64,000 nt of DNA from Gemmatimonadales bacterium (GTDB lineage: Bacteria; Gemmatimonadota; Gemmatimonadetes; Gemmatimonadales; GWC2-71-9): the NCBI GenBank assembly GCA_033764615.1, contig JANRIU010000063.1, positions 2,779 to 66,778 on the forward strand, written 5' to 3'. The position numbers were made by a program, and so were the translations under genes. The notes beneath the pieces are model-generated. The model searched no databases. It worked only from the letters and a program-made list of their open reading frames with translations, and was not told the origin of the DNA. Position 1 is the stretch's first letter. Each line of letters starts with the position of its first letter. Positions 19,008-29,208 of this stretch are shown in pieces.

Positions 19008-19124
19008 GGCGGACGAGCGGACGGGCGTGCGGGCGGACCGTGGCCATGTGCCGGAGGATGGCATCCGGGGCGCTGGCGCTCCTCCTCGTCCAGACCGCCG
19101 CTCCGCCCGTCCGCCTGACCGCCC
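19008..19124. repeat. octamer inverted-repeat element C, flanking the TolC-like start codon
   Basis: Left arm ggcggacgagcggacgggcgtgcgggcggacc (19008-19039). Right arm ccgccgctccgcccgtccgcctgaccgccc (19095-19124). The ATG at 19046 lies in the spacer. Confidence 0.75.
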
Positions 19125-20386
19125 AAGCTGCCGAGGCCGGGCCGGCGGCCACCGGCCCGCTCTCCCTTGCCGATGCCATCCGCATCGGGCGCGAGCGTGG
19201 GGTGGCGGCGCAGCTGGCGCGTCTGCAGGCGCGGGCGGCGGAGACGCGCATCGGCCAGCGGCAGGCCGACCTGCTGCCGTTCGTCGCCGGCGGCGGCTCG
19301 ATCGTGCGGCAGACGCTCAACCTCGACGAGTTCGGCATCCCGGTGGCGCGCGGGGCGACGCCGGCGTTCTCGGTGTGGCGCTGGAACGTGCGCGCGCAGC
19401 AGGCGCTCGTCGACCCGGCGGCGTTCGCGCGCGTGCGCGCGGCGCGCGAGCAGGCGACCGCGGCCGGGCTCGACGCGGAGGCGGCGGGCGAGCTCGCGGG
19501 CGCGCTCGCGGGCGGGGCGTGGCTGCGCGCCATCTCCGCCGACGAGACGGTGCGCGCGCGCGCGGCCGACTCCGCGGTGGCCGCGGCGCTCCTCGGGCAG
19601 GCGCGCGAGCTGGTGCGGGCGGGAGTGAGCCCGGCGATCGACGCGACGCGCAGCGAGGTGGCGTTCCAGGCGGTGCGCACGCAGCTCGCGCTGGCGCGCA
19701 ACCAGCGCGACCGCGCGCGGCTCGACCTCCTGCGTGCGCTCGACGAGCCGCCCGGCGCCACGCTCACGCTCGCCGACACCGCGCTCGGCGAGGTCGGCGC
19801 GCTGCTCCCCTCGAGCGTCGACGAGGCGGTGGCCGCGGCGCTCGCGAGCCGGGGCGACGTGCGCGCGGAGGGCGCGCGCGCGGACGCGGCGCGGCGGCAG
19901 CTGGGCGCCATCCGCCGGGAGTTCCTGCCGTCGGTGGTGGGCGCCGGCCAGCTGAACGAGAGCGGCCGCAGCCTCGACTCGCTCCGCTTCACCTGGTCGG
20001 CGCAGCTGGCCGTGACGGTGCCGCTGCTCGACGGCTTCCGCCGCCAGCGGCGCGTGGCGGAGCAGCAGGCGCTGCTCGAGGCGCAGGCGGTGCGCGAGCG
20101 CGACGTCCGGCGCCAGGCCGAGACGGACGCGCGCCAGGCGTGGCTCGACCTCGCCTCCGCCGACGAGCAGGTGGCGATCGCGGGCGAGCGCGTGCGGCTC
20201 GCCGAGCAGGAACTGGCGCAGGCGCAGGAGCGATTCACGGCCGGCATCGCCGGCTCCGTGGAGACGACGCAGGCGCAGGCGTCGGTCATCGCCGCGCGCG
20301 ACGCGCTGATCCAGTCCCGCGTCGCCCGCGGGTCGGCGCGCGTGGCGCTGCTGCGCGCGGTGGGGAGGATCGAGGCGGTGCGGTAA
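19046..20386 (+). CDS. TolC-family outer membrane efflux protein
   Basis: Signal peptide followed by LSLADAIRIGRERG and two repeated coiled-coil/beta halves typical of outer membrane factor (OMF) proteins. Start could be 19046 or 19058. Confidence 0.8.
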   Translation: MCRRMASGALALLLVQTAAPPVRLTAQAAEAGPAATGPLSLADAIRIGRERGVAAQLARLQARAAETRIGQRQADLLPFVAGGGSIVRQTLNLDEFGIPVARGATPAFSVWRWNVRAQQALVDPAAFARVRAAREQATAAGLDAEAAGELAGALAGGAWLRAISADETVRARAADSAVAAALLGQARELVRAGVSPAIDATRSEVAFQAVRTQLALARNQRDRARLDLLRALDEPPGATLTLADTALGEVGALLPSSVDEAVAAALASRGDVRAEGARADAARRQLGAIRREFLPSVVGAGQLNESGRSLDSLRFTWSAQLAVTVPLLDGFRRQRRVAEQQALLEAQAVRERDVRRQAETDARQAWLDLASADEQVAIAGERVRLAEQELAQAQERFTAGIAGSVETTQAQASVIAARDALIQSRVARGSARVALLRAVGRIEAVR

Positions 20387-20402
20387 GCGGCGGCGGGGTG
20401 CG

Positions 20403-20427
20403 GGGGCGGCGTGCCGTGCGCCGCCCC
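20403..20427. terminator. hairpin between convergent TolC-like and OMP genes
   Basis: A 9-bp stem: ggggcggcg - tgccgtg - cgccgcccc. Confidence 0.45.
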
Positions 20428-20438
20428 GGGGCAGCACC

Positions 20439-20948
20439 TCAGAAGCCGATGAGGAAGCCGATCGCCAGCTCGGTGCGCTGCAGCCAACTCCTCTCTCCGC
20501 GCATTTCGCGATGCCGGAGTTCGAGCCGTAACTCGCTGTGCTCCCCGACGCGCGGCCGGAAGCCGACGGCGGCGTGCACGGTCAGGCCCGTGTGGCGTGG
20601 AAACTCGAATCGCGCCACGCCGAGGCCCGCGGCCGCGAACGGACGCGAACCCCGCTCGGGACTCACCATCGCGGAGCAGTCGGCCAGGAACCGCACGTCG
20701 GACCCGGACGGGCCCAGGGTCAGCGACGGCTCGAGGGAAAGCGCCCCGCGCACGGGCAGGGCGAGCCGAAGGCGCGACCGGGTCCTTGAAGCCCGTCGAA
20801 CGCCTCTCCCACGACGATTCCAAGCGCGGGACGGGCGTGGGCGTGGTGACCGACTCGGGTTGGCTGCTGAGCAAAGGCCACGGTCGTGCCACCGGAGGTC
20901 AACACCACCGCCGCGGCGCCGAGCGCCGCACGCAACGACCAGATCATC
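20439..20948 (-). pseudogene. small outer-membrane beta-barrel protein gene interrupted by a 1-nt frameshift
   Basis: The signal peptide MIWSLRAALGAAAVVLTSGGTTVAFAQQ is in one frame (stop at 20720). The beta-barrel body, ending in the OMP signature AIGFLIGF, is in the -1 frame (20439 to about 20790). The junction lies near 20770-20800. Confidence 0.5.
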
Positions 20949-21120
20949 GGAGTCCCCCTGTCGTGGCCTCGTGAAGGCGGCGGCGCAGGCTGCCGCCTCG
21001 CACCGCCGATAACGCGAAGCCACTCCAAGAAAAAACAGGAAGTCAAGCCGTCAGCCTTACGGGCCCACGCCTGCCATGCCGCGTGACGCTGACGAGCGGC
21101 TCGCGGGGAGCCGCCCCCGC

Positions 21121-22755
21121 TCACCCCCCCGCCGCCAGCAGCATCTCGTACGCCGGCAGGGTGAGGAAGTCGGCGAGGTCGTCCGCCGTGACGAGCCGGT
21201 CGAGCAGCGCGGCGGCGCGGGCGACCTGGCGGCCGCTGGGGCGGTCGTTGAGCGCCACGTGCACGCGGCGCAGCTCCTCGTCGAAGCAGTGGCGGTACAG
21301 CGCGCGCGTGAGCGGGCGGCCGTCGTCCAGCACCGCGGCCTGACGCAGCCACTGCCAGAGCTGGGTGCGCGAGATCTCGGCGGTCGCCGCGTCCTCCATC
21401 AGGTGATGGATCGGCACCGCGCCCTGCCCGTCCAGCCAGGCGGCGAGGTACCGGATGGCGACCTCGATGTTGAGCCGCACGCCGCGCTCCGTCGGCGCCC
21501 CCTCGGGGAGGCGGAGCAGCTCCGTGGCGCCGATCCGCACGTCCTCCCTAAGCCGGTGCTGCTGGTGGGACCGGCCGTCGAGCGCCGCGTCGAAGATGGC
21601 GCGCACCGGCGCGACGAGCGACGGATGCGCCACCCACGTGCCGTCGTGGCCGTCCCCCGCCTCGCGCGTCTTGTCGGCGACGACGCGCGCGAGCGCCGCG
21701 GCGTTCGCCGCCTCGTCCCCCTTCACCGGCAGCTGCGCCGCCATGCCGCCGATCGCGTGCGCACGGCGGCGATGGCACGTCTTCACCGCCAGCTGCGCGT
21801 ACGCTCGGAGGAAGCCCTGGTCCATCGTGATGCGCCCGCGGTCGGGGAGCCGCACACCCGGGCGCGCGCGCAGCGACTTGATCGCCGAGAAGATGTAGTC
21901 CCACCGGCCGCAGTTCAGGCCCGCGCTCCGCGCGCGCAGCTCCCAGAGGATCTCGTCCATCTGGAACGCCGCCGGGAGCGTCTCGATGAGCACCGTGCAC
22001 TTCACGACGCCGAGCGGCAGCCGGAGCCGCTCCTCCACGAACGCGAGCACCTCGGCCCAGAGCCGCGCCTCGAGGTGGTGCTCGAGCTTCGGAAGGTAGA
22101 GGAGCGGCCCCTCGCCGCGCGCGTGGAGCGCCTGCGCGTTATGGAACAGGAAGAGCGCGGCGTCCGTGAAGCCGCCGGCGAGCGGCGCGCCGCCGGCCCA
22201 GAGGTGGCGCTCGTCCAGGTGCAGCCCGCGCGGGCGCACCGCGAGCAGCGCGCGCGTCTCGCCGAGGGCGTAGCGGCGGCCGTCGGGCGCCGTCCACGCG
22301 ATGGTGCCCTGTACCGCGTCGCGCAGGTGCGCCTGGCCTCCGAGGATGTTGGCCCAGGTGGGGCTCGTGGCATCCTCGAAGTCGGCCATGAAGACGTTCG
22401 CGCCCGAGTTGAGCGCGTTGATGATCATCTTCCGGTCGACGGGACCGGTGATCTCGACGCGCCGGTCGTCCAGCGCGCGCGGCATGCGCGCGACGACCCA
22501 CTCGGCGTCCCGCACGTGTGCCGTCTCGGGGAGGAAGTCGAGCTCGGCGCCCGCGTCGAGCGCCGCCTGCCGCGCGCGGCGCGACTCGAGCACCGCCTGC
22601 CGCGCCCCCTCGAACCGGTCGTGCAGCTCGGCCAGCAGGGCGAGCGCGCCGGGCGTGAGGATCCCGGTCGCCTCCTCCAGGCGCGGTCCGCGCACGAGCA
22701 CGGGGGGGACGGCCGGCTGGGGTGCGGACCGCGGCTTCGGCAGGACGGCCGTCAT
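21121..22755 (-). CDS. aceB: malate synthase A
   Basis: Full-length match to malate synthase A: VEITGPVDRKMIINALNSGANVFMADFEDA, NCGRWDYIFS, AHPSLV. ATG at 22755. The upstream part of the tracked 997-aa ORF is antisense to the kinase gene. Confidence 0.95.
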   Translation of the reverse strand: MTAVLPKPRSAPQPAVPPVLVRGPRLEEATGILTPGALALLAELHDRFEGARQAVLESRRARQAALDAGAELDFLPETAHVRDAEWVVARMPRALDDRRVEITGPVDRKMIINALNSGANVFMADFEDATSPTWANILGGQAHLRDAVQGTIAWTAPDGRRYALGETRALLAVRPRGLHLDERHLWAGGAPLAGGFTDAALFLFHNAQALHARGEGPLLYLPKLEHHLEARLWAEVLAFVEERLRLPLGVVKCTVLIETLPAAFQMDEILWELRARSAGLNCGRWDYIFSAIKSLRARPGVRLPDRGRITMDQGFLRAYAQLAVKTCHRRRAHAIGGMAAQLPVKGDEAANAAALARVVADKTREAGDGHDGTWVAHPSLVAPVRAIFDAALDGRSHQQHRLREDVRIGATELLRLPEGAPTERGVRLNIEVAIRYLAAWLDGQGAVPIHHLMEDAATAEISRTQLWQWLRQAAVLDDGRPLTRALYRHCFDEELRRVHVALNDRPSGRQVARAAALLDRLVTADDLADFLTLPAYEMLLAAGG

Positions 22756-22908
22756 GCGCTGCTCCTCGAACGGGGGTGGGGCCCGGCACGCGAAACGCGC
22801 CCCTCCGGGGCGCGCCCGAGTGATTATGGGCCCGGCCCCATGAAGCAATGATGAGGACCGCCCCAAGGCGCCTTGCCCCTCCGCCCGCGCCCCGGCTTCA
22901 TTCGCGCC

Positions 22909-24365
22909 ATGTCCGTCCGCCTGCGCGTCCTGCTCGGCTTCGCGCTCATGCTCGTGCCCGTCCTGCTGCTGGGCGCCGTCGCGCTGCGCGCCAACAGCGC
23001 CGAGCGGGCGGCGCTGGAGCAGCTGGGCGAGGGACTCGCACGGACGCGGACGTTCGCCGAGCTGGAGGCGGCGCTGCAGGCGCAGGCGGAGGTGGTGTGG
23101 CGCGGGCTCTCCGGCCGCGACGCCGGTGCCCGGCGCGAGCACGCACTCGCGCGCGAGGTGACGGCCGCTCGCGAGGCGGCGTGGCGCGCCGTGCTCCGCC
23201 CCGACGAGCAGCCGCTCGCCACGCGGCTCGACCGCGCGCGCGGCGCGCTCGACGCGGCGGCCGACACGATGTTCGCGATGATGGCGCGCGGCGACACGGC
23301 GGCGGCGTGGCGCGTGGCGCAGGGGGAGTTCCGCACGCTGGTGCTGCCGCTGCTGCAGCTGACGAGCCGCGAGATCTACGCGCAGCTGCGGCAGACGTCG
23401 GTGCGCGGCGCGTTCACGCGGCTGGAGCAGATCCTCGCGAGCGAGCGGCGCGCGCTCGTGCTCATCGTGGTGCTGGCGCTCGGGCTCGGTGTCGCGGCAT
23501 CGTGGCGCATCGCGCGCGACGTGGCGTCGCCGCTGGCGCAGCTGGCCGACGCGATGCGCCTCGTGGGCGAGGGGCAGCTCGACGCGCCGCTCCCGCCCGC
23601 CGGCGACGACGAGGTCGGCCGCCTCGCCGCCGCGTTCGGCCGCATGCGCGACAACCTGCGCGCCGCCCTCGGCCGCGCGGTGCAGGCGGAGCGGCTCGCC
23701 TCCATCGGCCAGATGGCGGCGTCGGTGGCGCACGGGCTGCGCAACCCGCTGGCGGGCGTCCGCGCCAGCGCGCAGGCCGCGATGGCGCTGCCGCCGGGCT
23801 CCGCCGCCTTCCGCGAGATGCTCGACGGCATGGTCGCCGAGGTGGACCGGCTGGACCGGCGGATCACGCACCTGCTCAGCTTCTCCCGCCCCGCGCCGCA
23901 CCGCCCGCTGCGCGACCGGCCGGCCGCGCTCGTCGAGGGCGCGCTCTCCGCGCTCGGCGAGGGGCTGCGCGCCCGCGGCATCGCGCTCGAGACGACGCTC
24001 GACCCCGCGCTCCCCGAGGTGCTGGTGGACCCGATGCAGCTGGAGCAGGTGCTCGTGGAGCTCGTCTCCAACGCGATGCAGGCGATGCCCGCGGGCGGCA
24101 CGATCGGCGTGCACGCCCGCCCCGAGGGGGACGAGGTGGTGCTCGAGGTGGCGGACGACGGCGAGGGGATCCCCGCCGACGTGCTGCCGCAGGTGACGGA
24201 GCTCTTCTTCACCACGCGCGCCGACGGCACGGGGCTCGGCCTTGCCATCGCGCGGCGCTTCACCGAGCAGAACGGCGGCCGCCTCGAGATCGAGAGCGCG
24301 CCCGGCGCCGGGACCCGCGCACGCATCCGGCTCCCGGCCGCCGCGGCGCCGGCGGGGGCGGCCGC

Positions 24366-24369
<4 letters not shown>
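22909..24369 (+). CDS. sensor histidine kinase (periplasmic sensor, HAMP, HisKA, HATPase)
   Basis: Two TM segments, a HAMP region, the H-box MAASVAHGLRNPL, and N/G boxes (ELVSNAMQAM, DDGEGIP, GTGLGLAI). Confidence 0.85.
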
Positions 24370-25772
<1,403 letters not shown>

Positions 25773-25829
25773 GTGAGGTGGGTGATTTGGCGCAGTTGGG
25801 TGGGTGAGGGGTCGGGAATCGCGGCTCTC

Positions 25830-25897
25830 GGTCGCGGGTCAGCTTGGCGATAGCGACCCGCAAGTTGTTCGAGGAGAACGACTTGCAACCCGCGACC
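25830..25897. promoter_or_regulatory. nested palindromes upstream of pqqA (possible enhancer-binding sites)
   Basis: GGTCGCGGGT (25830-25839) is the perfect reverse complement of ACCCGCGACC (25888-25897). Between them lies the inner palindrome GCAAGTTGTT-N7-AACGACTTGC (25860-25886). Confidence 0.3.
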
Positions 25898-25913
25898 CGC
25901 TGCCCTCTCCGCA

Positions 25914-25930
25914 CGGCATACTCCCTGCTT
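25914..25930 (+). promoter_or_regulatory. weak sigma-54-like -24/-12 element upstream of pqqA
   Basis: cGGCATactccCTGCTt has GG and GC correctly spaced, with a partial match to TGGCAC-N5-TTGC. It lies about 62 nt upstream of the pqqA ATG. Confidence 0.3.
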
Positions 25931-25990
25931 TCTCCGAAGGCACAGGGTCGCCCCAGACCCGCCTGACCAATCACACCCGAGGAGAAGCAC

Positions 25991-26065
25991 ATGTCCTGGA
26001 ACAAGCCGCAGGCCGAGGTCGTCGCCGTCACGATGGAAGTCACCGCGTACGTCGCCACGCTGTAA
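25991..26065 (+). CDS. pqqA: PQQ precursor peptide PqqA (24 aa)
   Basis: Not in the ORF track. Hand translation is MSWNKPQAEVVAVTMEVTAYVATL, with the conserved W-x-K-P and E-V-T-x-Y (Glu-x3-Tyr) core. GGAGAAG lies 4 nt upstream, and pqqB is immediately downstream. Confidence 0.85.
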   Translation: MSWNKPQAEVVAVTMEVTAYVATL

Positions 26066-26075
26066 GCTGGCCGCG

Positions 26076-26103
26076 CGCGAGGCCCCCGCTCGGGGGCCTC
26101 GCG
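26076..26103 (+). terminator. stem-loop immediately after pqqA (attenuator or mRNA-stabilising hairpin)
   Basis: A 12-bp perfect stem (cgcgaggccccc - gctc - gggggcctcgcg) lying between pqqA and pqqB. Confidence 0.55.
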
Positions 26104-26131
26104 TGTCTTCCCTCCTGCTGCGTCTCCGCTC

Positions 26132-27049
26132 ATGCACGTGATCCTGCTCGGCACGGCCGCGGGCGGCGGCTATCCCCAGTGGAACTGCTGGCTTCCCGTC
26201 TCGTCGGCCGCGCGCGCGGGCGATGGGCGGGCGACGCCGCGCACCCAGTCATGCGCGGCCGTGAGCGCCGACGGCGTGCACTGGTTCCTGCTGAACGCCT
26301 CGCCTGACATCCCGCGGCAGCTGCGCCGCCTGCCCGCGGCGCCGGCCGGCGCCGCCCGGCACGTGCCGTTCGAGGGCGTGGTGCTCACGGACGCCGAGGT
26401 GGACCACTCGCTGGGGCTCGTGCTGCTGCGCGAGGCGCGGCACCTGCCGCTCTGGTGCACGCCCGCGGTGCACCGGATCCTGCGCGAGGACTCGGGCGTG
26501 CTGCGCATGGTGGAGGCGTTCGCCGAGGTGCCGTGGACGCCGCTGGCGGCCGGTGTCGCGCAGCCGCTCGCGCGGCGCGACGGGTCGCCGAGCGGGCTCA
26601 CGGTCGAGGCGTTCGGCGTCGCGGCCGACCCGCCGCGCTTCGCGACGCGTGCGGAGCCGCTCCACACCGTGGGGCTCGAACTCCGCGACGCGAGCGGCGC
26701 CCGGCTCGTGTACGCGCCCGGCATCGGCGACCTGGACGAGCCGTTCCTCGCGCGGGCGCGCGGCGCCGACCTGGTGCTGGTCGACGGCACCTTCTGGACC
26801 GACGACGAGATGATCGCGCTCGGCGTGGGCACGCGCACCGCGCGCGCGCTCGACCACGTGCCGATGAGCGGGCCCGACGGCTCGCTGGAGCGCCTGAAGC
26901 GGATCGGCGGCACGCGCACCGTCTACGTGCACATCAACACCACCAACCCCGCCCTCCTCGCCGACAGCGAGGCGCGCCGCGCCATCGAGGCGGCGGGGAT
27001 CGCCGTCGGCCACGACGGCATGGAGTTCCACCTGACCGGGAGCCGCTGA
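26132..27049 (+). CDS. pqqB: PQQ biosynthesis protein B (metallo-beta-lactamase fold)
   Basis: N-terminal ILLGTAAGGGYPQWNC and overall PqqB-like sequence. Position in the pqq operon. Confidence 0.9.
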   Translation: MHVILLGTAAGGGYPQWNCWLPVSSAARAGDGRATPRTQSCAAVSADGVHWFLLNASPDIPRQLRRLPAAPAGAARHVPFEGVVLTDAEVDHSLGLVLLREARHLPLWCTPAVHRILREDSGVLRMVEAFAEVPWTPLAAGVAQPLARRDGSPSGLTVEAFGVAADPPRFATRAEPLHTVGLELRDASGARLVYAPGIGDLDEPFLARARGADLVLVDGTFWTDDEMIALGVGTRTARALDHVPMSGPDGSLERLKRIGGTRTVYVHINTTNPALLADSEARRAIEAAGIAVGHDGMEFHLTGSR

Positions 27050-27804
27050 TGCCCGCCACGCTCGAGCCGCCCGCCGCCACGCTCGCCGCCCCGCCGCGGC
27101 CGCCGATCCCCGCGCTCGCGGCGCCGCTCACGCCCGACGAGCTGGAGGCGGCCCTCCGCGCGTTCCAGGGTTCGTACTACGTGGAGCACCCGTTCCACCG
27201 GCGGATGTACGACGGCACGCTGACGCGGCGGCAGTTCCAGGGCTGGGCCGCCAACCGGCTCGCGTACCAGCGCGTGATCCCGCGGAAGGACGCGGCGATC
27301 CTCTCCAACTGCCCCGACCAGGCCGTGCGCCGCGCCTGGATCGGCCGCATCACCGACCACGACGGCACCGGGCCCGGCACCGGCGGCATCGAGAAGTGGA
27401 TCGCGCTCGGCGTGGCGCTCGGCCTGACGCGCGAGGAGATGGAGGACGAGCGGCACGTGCTGCCCGGCGTGCGGCTCATCTGCGAGAGCTACGTGCACTT
27501 CTGCCGCACGAAGCCGTGGGTGCAGGCGTGCGCGTCGTCGCTGACCGAGCTGTTCGCGCCGCGCATCCACGCGGAGCGGATGGAGAGCTTCCCGCGGCAC
27601 TACCCGTGGATCCCGCCGGAGGGGCTCGACTACTTCCGCAGCCGCCTGACGCAGGCGCCGCGTGACGTGGAGCACGGCCTCGCCATCGTGCGGCGCCACT
27701 GCACCACGGTCGACACGCAGCGGCAGGCGTTCGAGGCGCTCGCCTTCAAGCTGGAGATGCTCTGGGCCATGATCGACGCCATCCACCACGCCTACCCCGC
27801 GTGA
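27049..27804 (+). CDS. pqqC: pyrroloquinoline-quinone synthase
   Basis: YYVEHPFHRRMYDGTLTRRQFQGWAANR and downstream PqqC motifs. The ATG overlaps the pqqB TGA by 1 nt. Confidence 0.9.
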   Translation: MPATLEPPAATLAAPPRPPIPALAAPLTPDELEAALRAFQGSYYVEHPFHRRMYDGTLTRRQFQGWAANRLAYQRVIPRKDAAILSNCPDQAVRRAWIGRITDHDGTGPGTGGIEKWIALGVALGLTREEMEDERHVLPGVRLICESYVHFCRTKPWVQACASSLTELFAPRIHAERMESFPRHYPWIPPEGLDYFRSRLTQAPRDVEHGLAIVRRHCTTVDTQRQAFEALAFKLEMLWAMIDAIHHAYPA

Positions 27805-28100
27805 CCGGCGGCGACGAGGCCGGGGCGCGGGTCCCCCGGCTGTGGCGGCTCGCGAAGCTCGCGCACGACGACGTGCGGCAGCGGCCCGTGCTGCTGTATC
27901 CGGAGGGGGCGGTGCTGCTCAACGACACGGGCCGCGCCATCCTCGACCTGGTGGACGGGACCCGCACCATCGACGCCATCGCGGCGATCCTCGCCGCGCG
28001 CTACGGCGCCGACGTGCGCGCCGACGTGATCGACTACCTCGACCTCCTCGAGCGGCAGGAGCTGCTCTCCTATGCCCAAGGCCCCTCCGCCGTCGGCTGA
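27801..28100 (+). CDS. pqqD: PQQ biosynthesis peptide chaperone PqqD
   Basis: 99-aa PqqD/RRE-like sequence (LLYPEGAVLLNDTGRAILDLVDG). GTGA overlap with pqqC. Confidence 0.85.
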   Translation: MTGGDEAGARVPRLWRLAKLAHDDVRQRPVLLYPEGAVLLNDTGRAILDLVDGTRTIDAIAAILAARYGADVRADVIDYLDLLERQELLSYAQGPSAVG

Positions 28101-29208
28101 CGGCCCCGCGCGCGCCGAGCGGCGGCCGACGACGCTGCTCGCCGAGCTGACGCACCGCTGCCCGCTGCACTGCCCGTACTGCTCGAACCCGATCGACCTG
28201 ATCCGGGCCGAGCGGGAGCTCTCGACCGACGACTGGAAGCGCGTCTTCACCGAGGCCAGGGCGCTCGGCGTGCTGCAGCTCGGCCTCTCCGGCGGCGAGC
28301 CGCTGGTGCGGAAGGACCTCGAGGCGCTCGCGACGCACGCGCACGGCCTCGGCCTGTACCAGACGCTCGTCACCTCCGCGCTGGGCCTCACGCGCCAGCG
28401 CGCCGAGGCGCTGCGCGCCACGGGGCTCGAGCACGTGCAGATCTCGCTGCAGGACGCGGACGACGCGAACGCGGAGCGGATCGCCGGCGTCTCGTCGGTG
28501 AGGCAGAAGAAGGCCGCGGCCGGGTACGTGCGGGAGCTCGGCTTCGCGTTCACGGTGAACGTGGTGCTGCACCGGCAGAACCTCGACCGGATCGGCGCGC
28601 TGATCGACCTCGCCGCCGAGATGGGCGCCGACCGGCTGGAGCTGGCGAACACCCAGTACTACGGCTGGGGCCTGCGGAACCGCGACTGGCTGATGCCGAC
28701 GCGCGCGCAGCTCGACGCGGCGCAGCCGGTGGTGGAGGCGGCGATGCGGGCGCACAAGGGGCGCATGCAGATCCTCTACGTGCTCCCCGACTACCATCAG
28801 GCGTTCCCGAAGCCGTGCTACGGCGGCTGGGGGAACTTCTACATCGTGCTCGCGCCCGACGGGCGCGCGCTTCCCTGCCACGGCGCGACGGAGCTCGACT
28901 TCCTGACCCTCGACAGCGTGCGCGAGCACAGCCTCCAGTGGATCTGGGAGGCGTCCCCCGCCTTCAACGCGTTCCGCGGCGATGCGTGGATGGCGGAGCC
29001 GTGCCGCAGCTGCGAGCGGAAGGCGCTCGACTTCGGCGGCTGCCGCTGCCAGGCGTATGCGCTGACGGGCGACGCGCGCAACGGCGACCCCGTGTGCACG
29101 AAGGTGCCGCACCGCCCGCTCATCGACGCCGCGCTCGCCGCGGCCGACGGCACCGACTTCCGGTACCGCGGCTTCGCCGACGCGCGGGACGCGGCCGCCC
29201 TCCCCTGA
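28072..29208 (+). CDS. pqqE: PQQ biosynthesis radical SAM/SPASM enzyme PqqE
   Basis: CPLHCPYCSN radical-SAM cluster motif and a C-terminal Cys-rich SPASM region (CRSCERKALDFGGCRCQAY). Confidence 0.92.
   Translation: MPKAPPPSADGPARAERRPTTLLAELTHRCPLHCPYCSNPIDLIRAERELSTDDWKRVFTEARALGVLQLGLSGGEPLVRKDLEALATHAHGLGLYQTLVTSALGLTRQRAEALRATGLEHVQISLQDADDANAERIAGVSSVRQKKAAAGYVRELGFAFTVNVVLHRQNLDRIGALIDLAAEMGADRLELANTQYYGWGLRNRDWLMPTRAQLDAAQPVVEAAMRAHKGRMQILYVLPDYHQAFPKPCYGGWGNFYIVLAPDGRALPCHGATELDFLTLDSVREHSLQWIWEASPAFNAFRGDAWMAEPCRSCERKALDFGGCRCQAYALTGDARNGDPVCTKVPHRPLIDAALAAADGTDFRYRGFADARDAAALP

Noticed and set aside
20760-20800. Programmed -1 ribosomal frameshifting in the OMP gene
   Set aside because: I found no slippery heptamer or obvious downstream stimulatory structure at the junction. 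An indel or sequencing error is the simpler explanation.
17038-21012. 1324-aa plus-strand ORF
   Set aside because: It crosses four independently supported genes on both strands (TPR, CPBP, TolC-like, OMP). It is a GC-driven absence of stop codons, not a gene.
21121-24114. A single 997-aa protein
   Set aside because: Only the C-terminal 545 aa (from the ATG at 22755) is malate synthase. The upstream part is antisense to the histidine kinase and has no similarity to anything.
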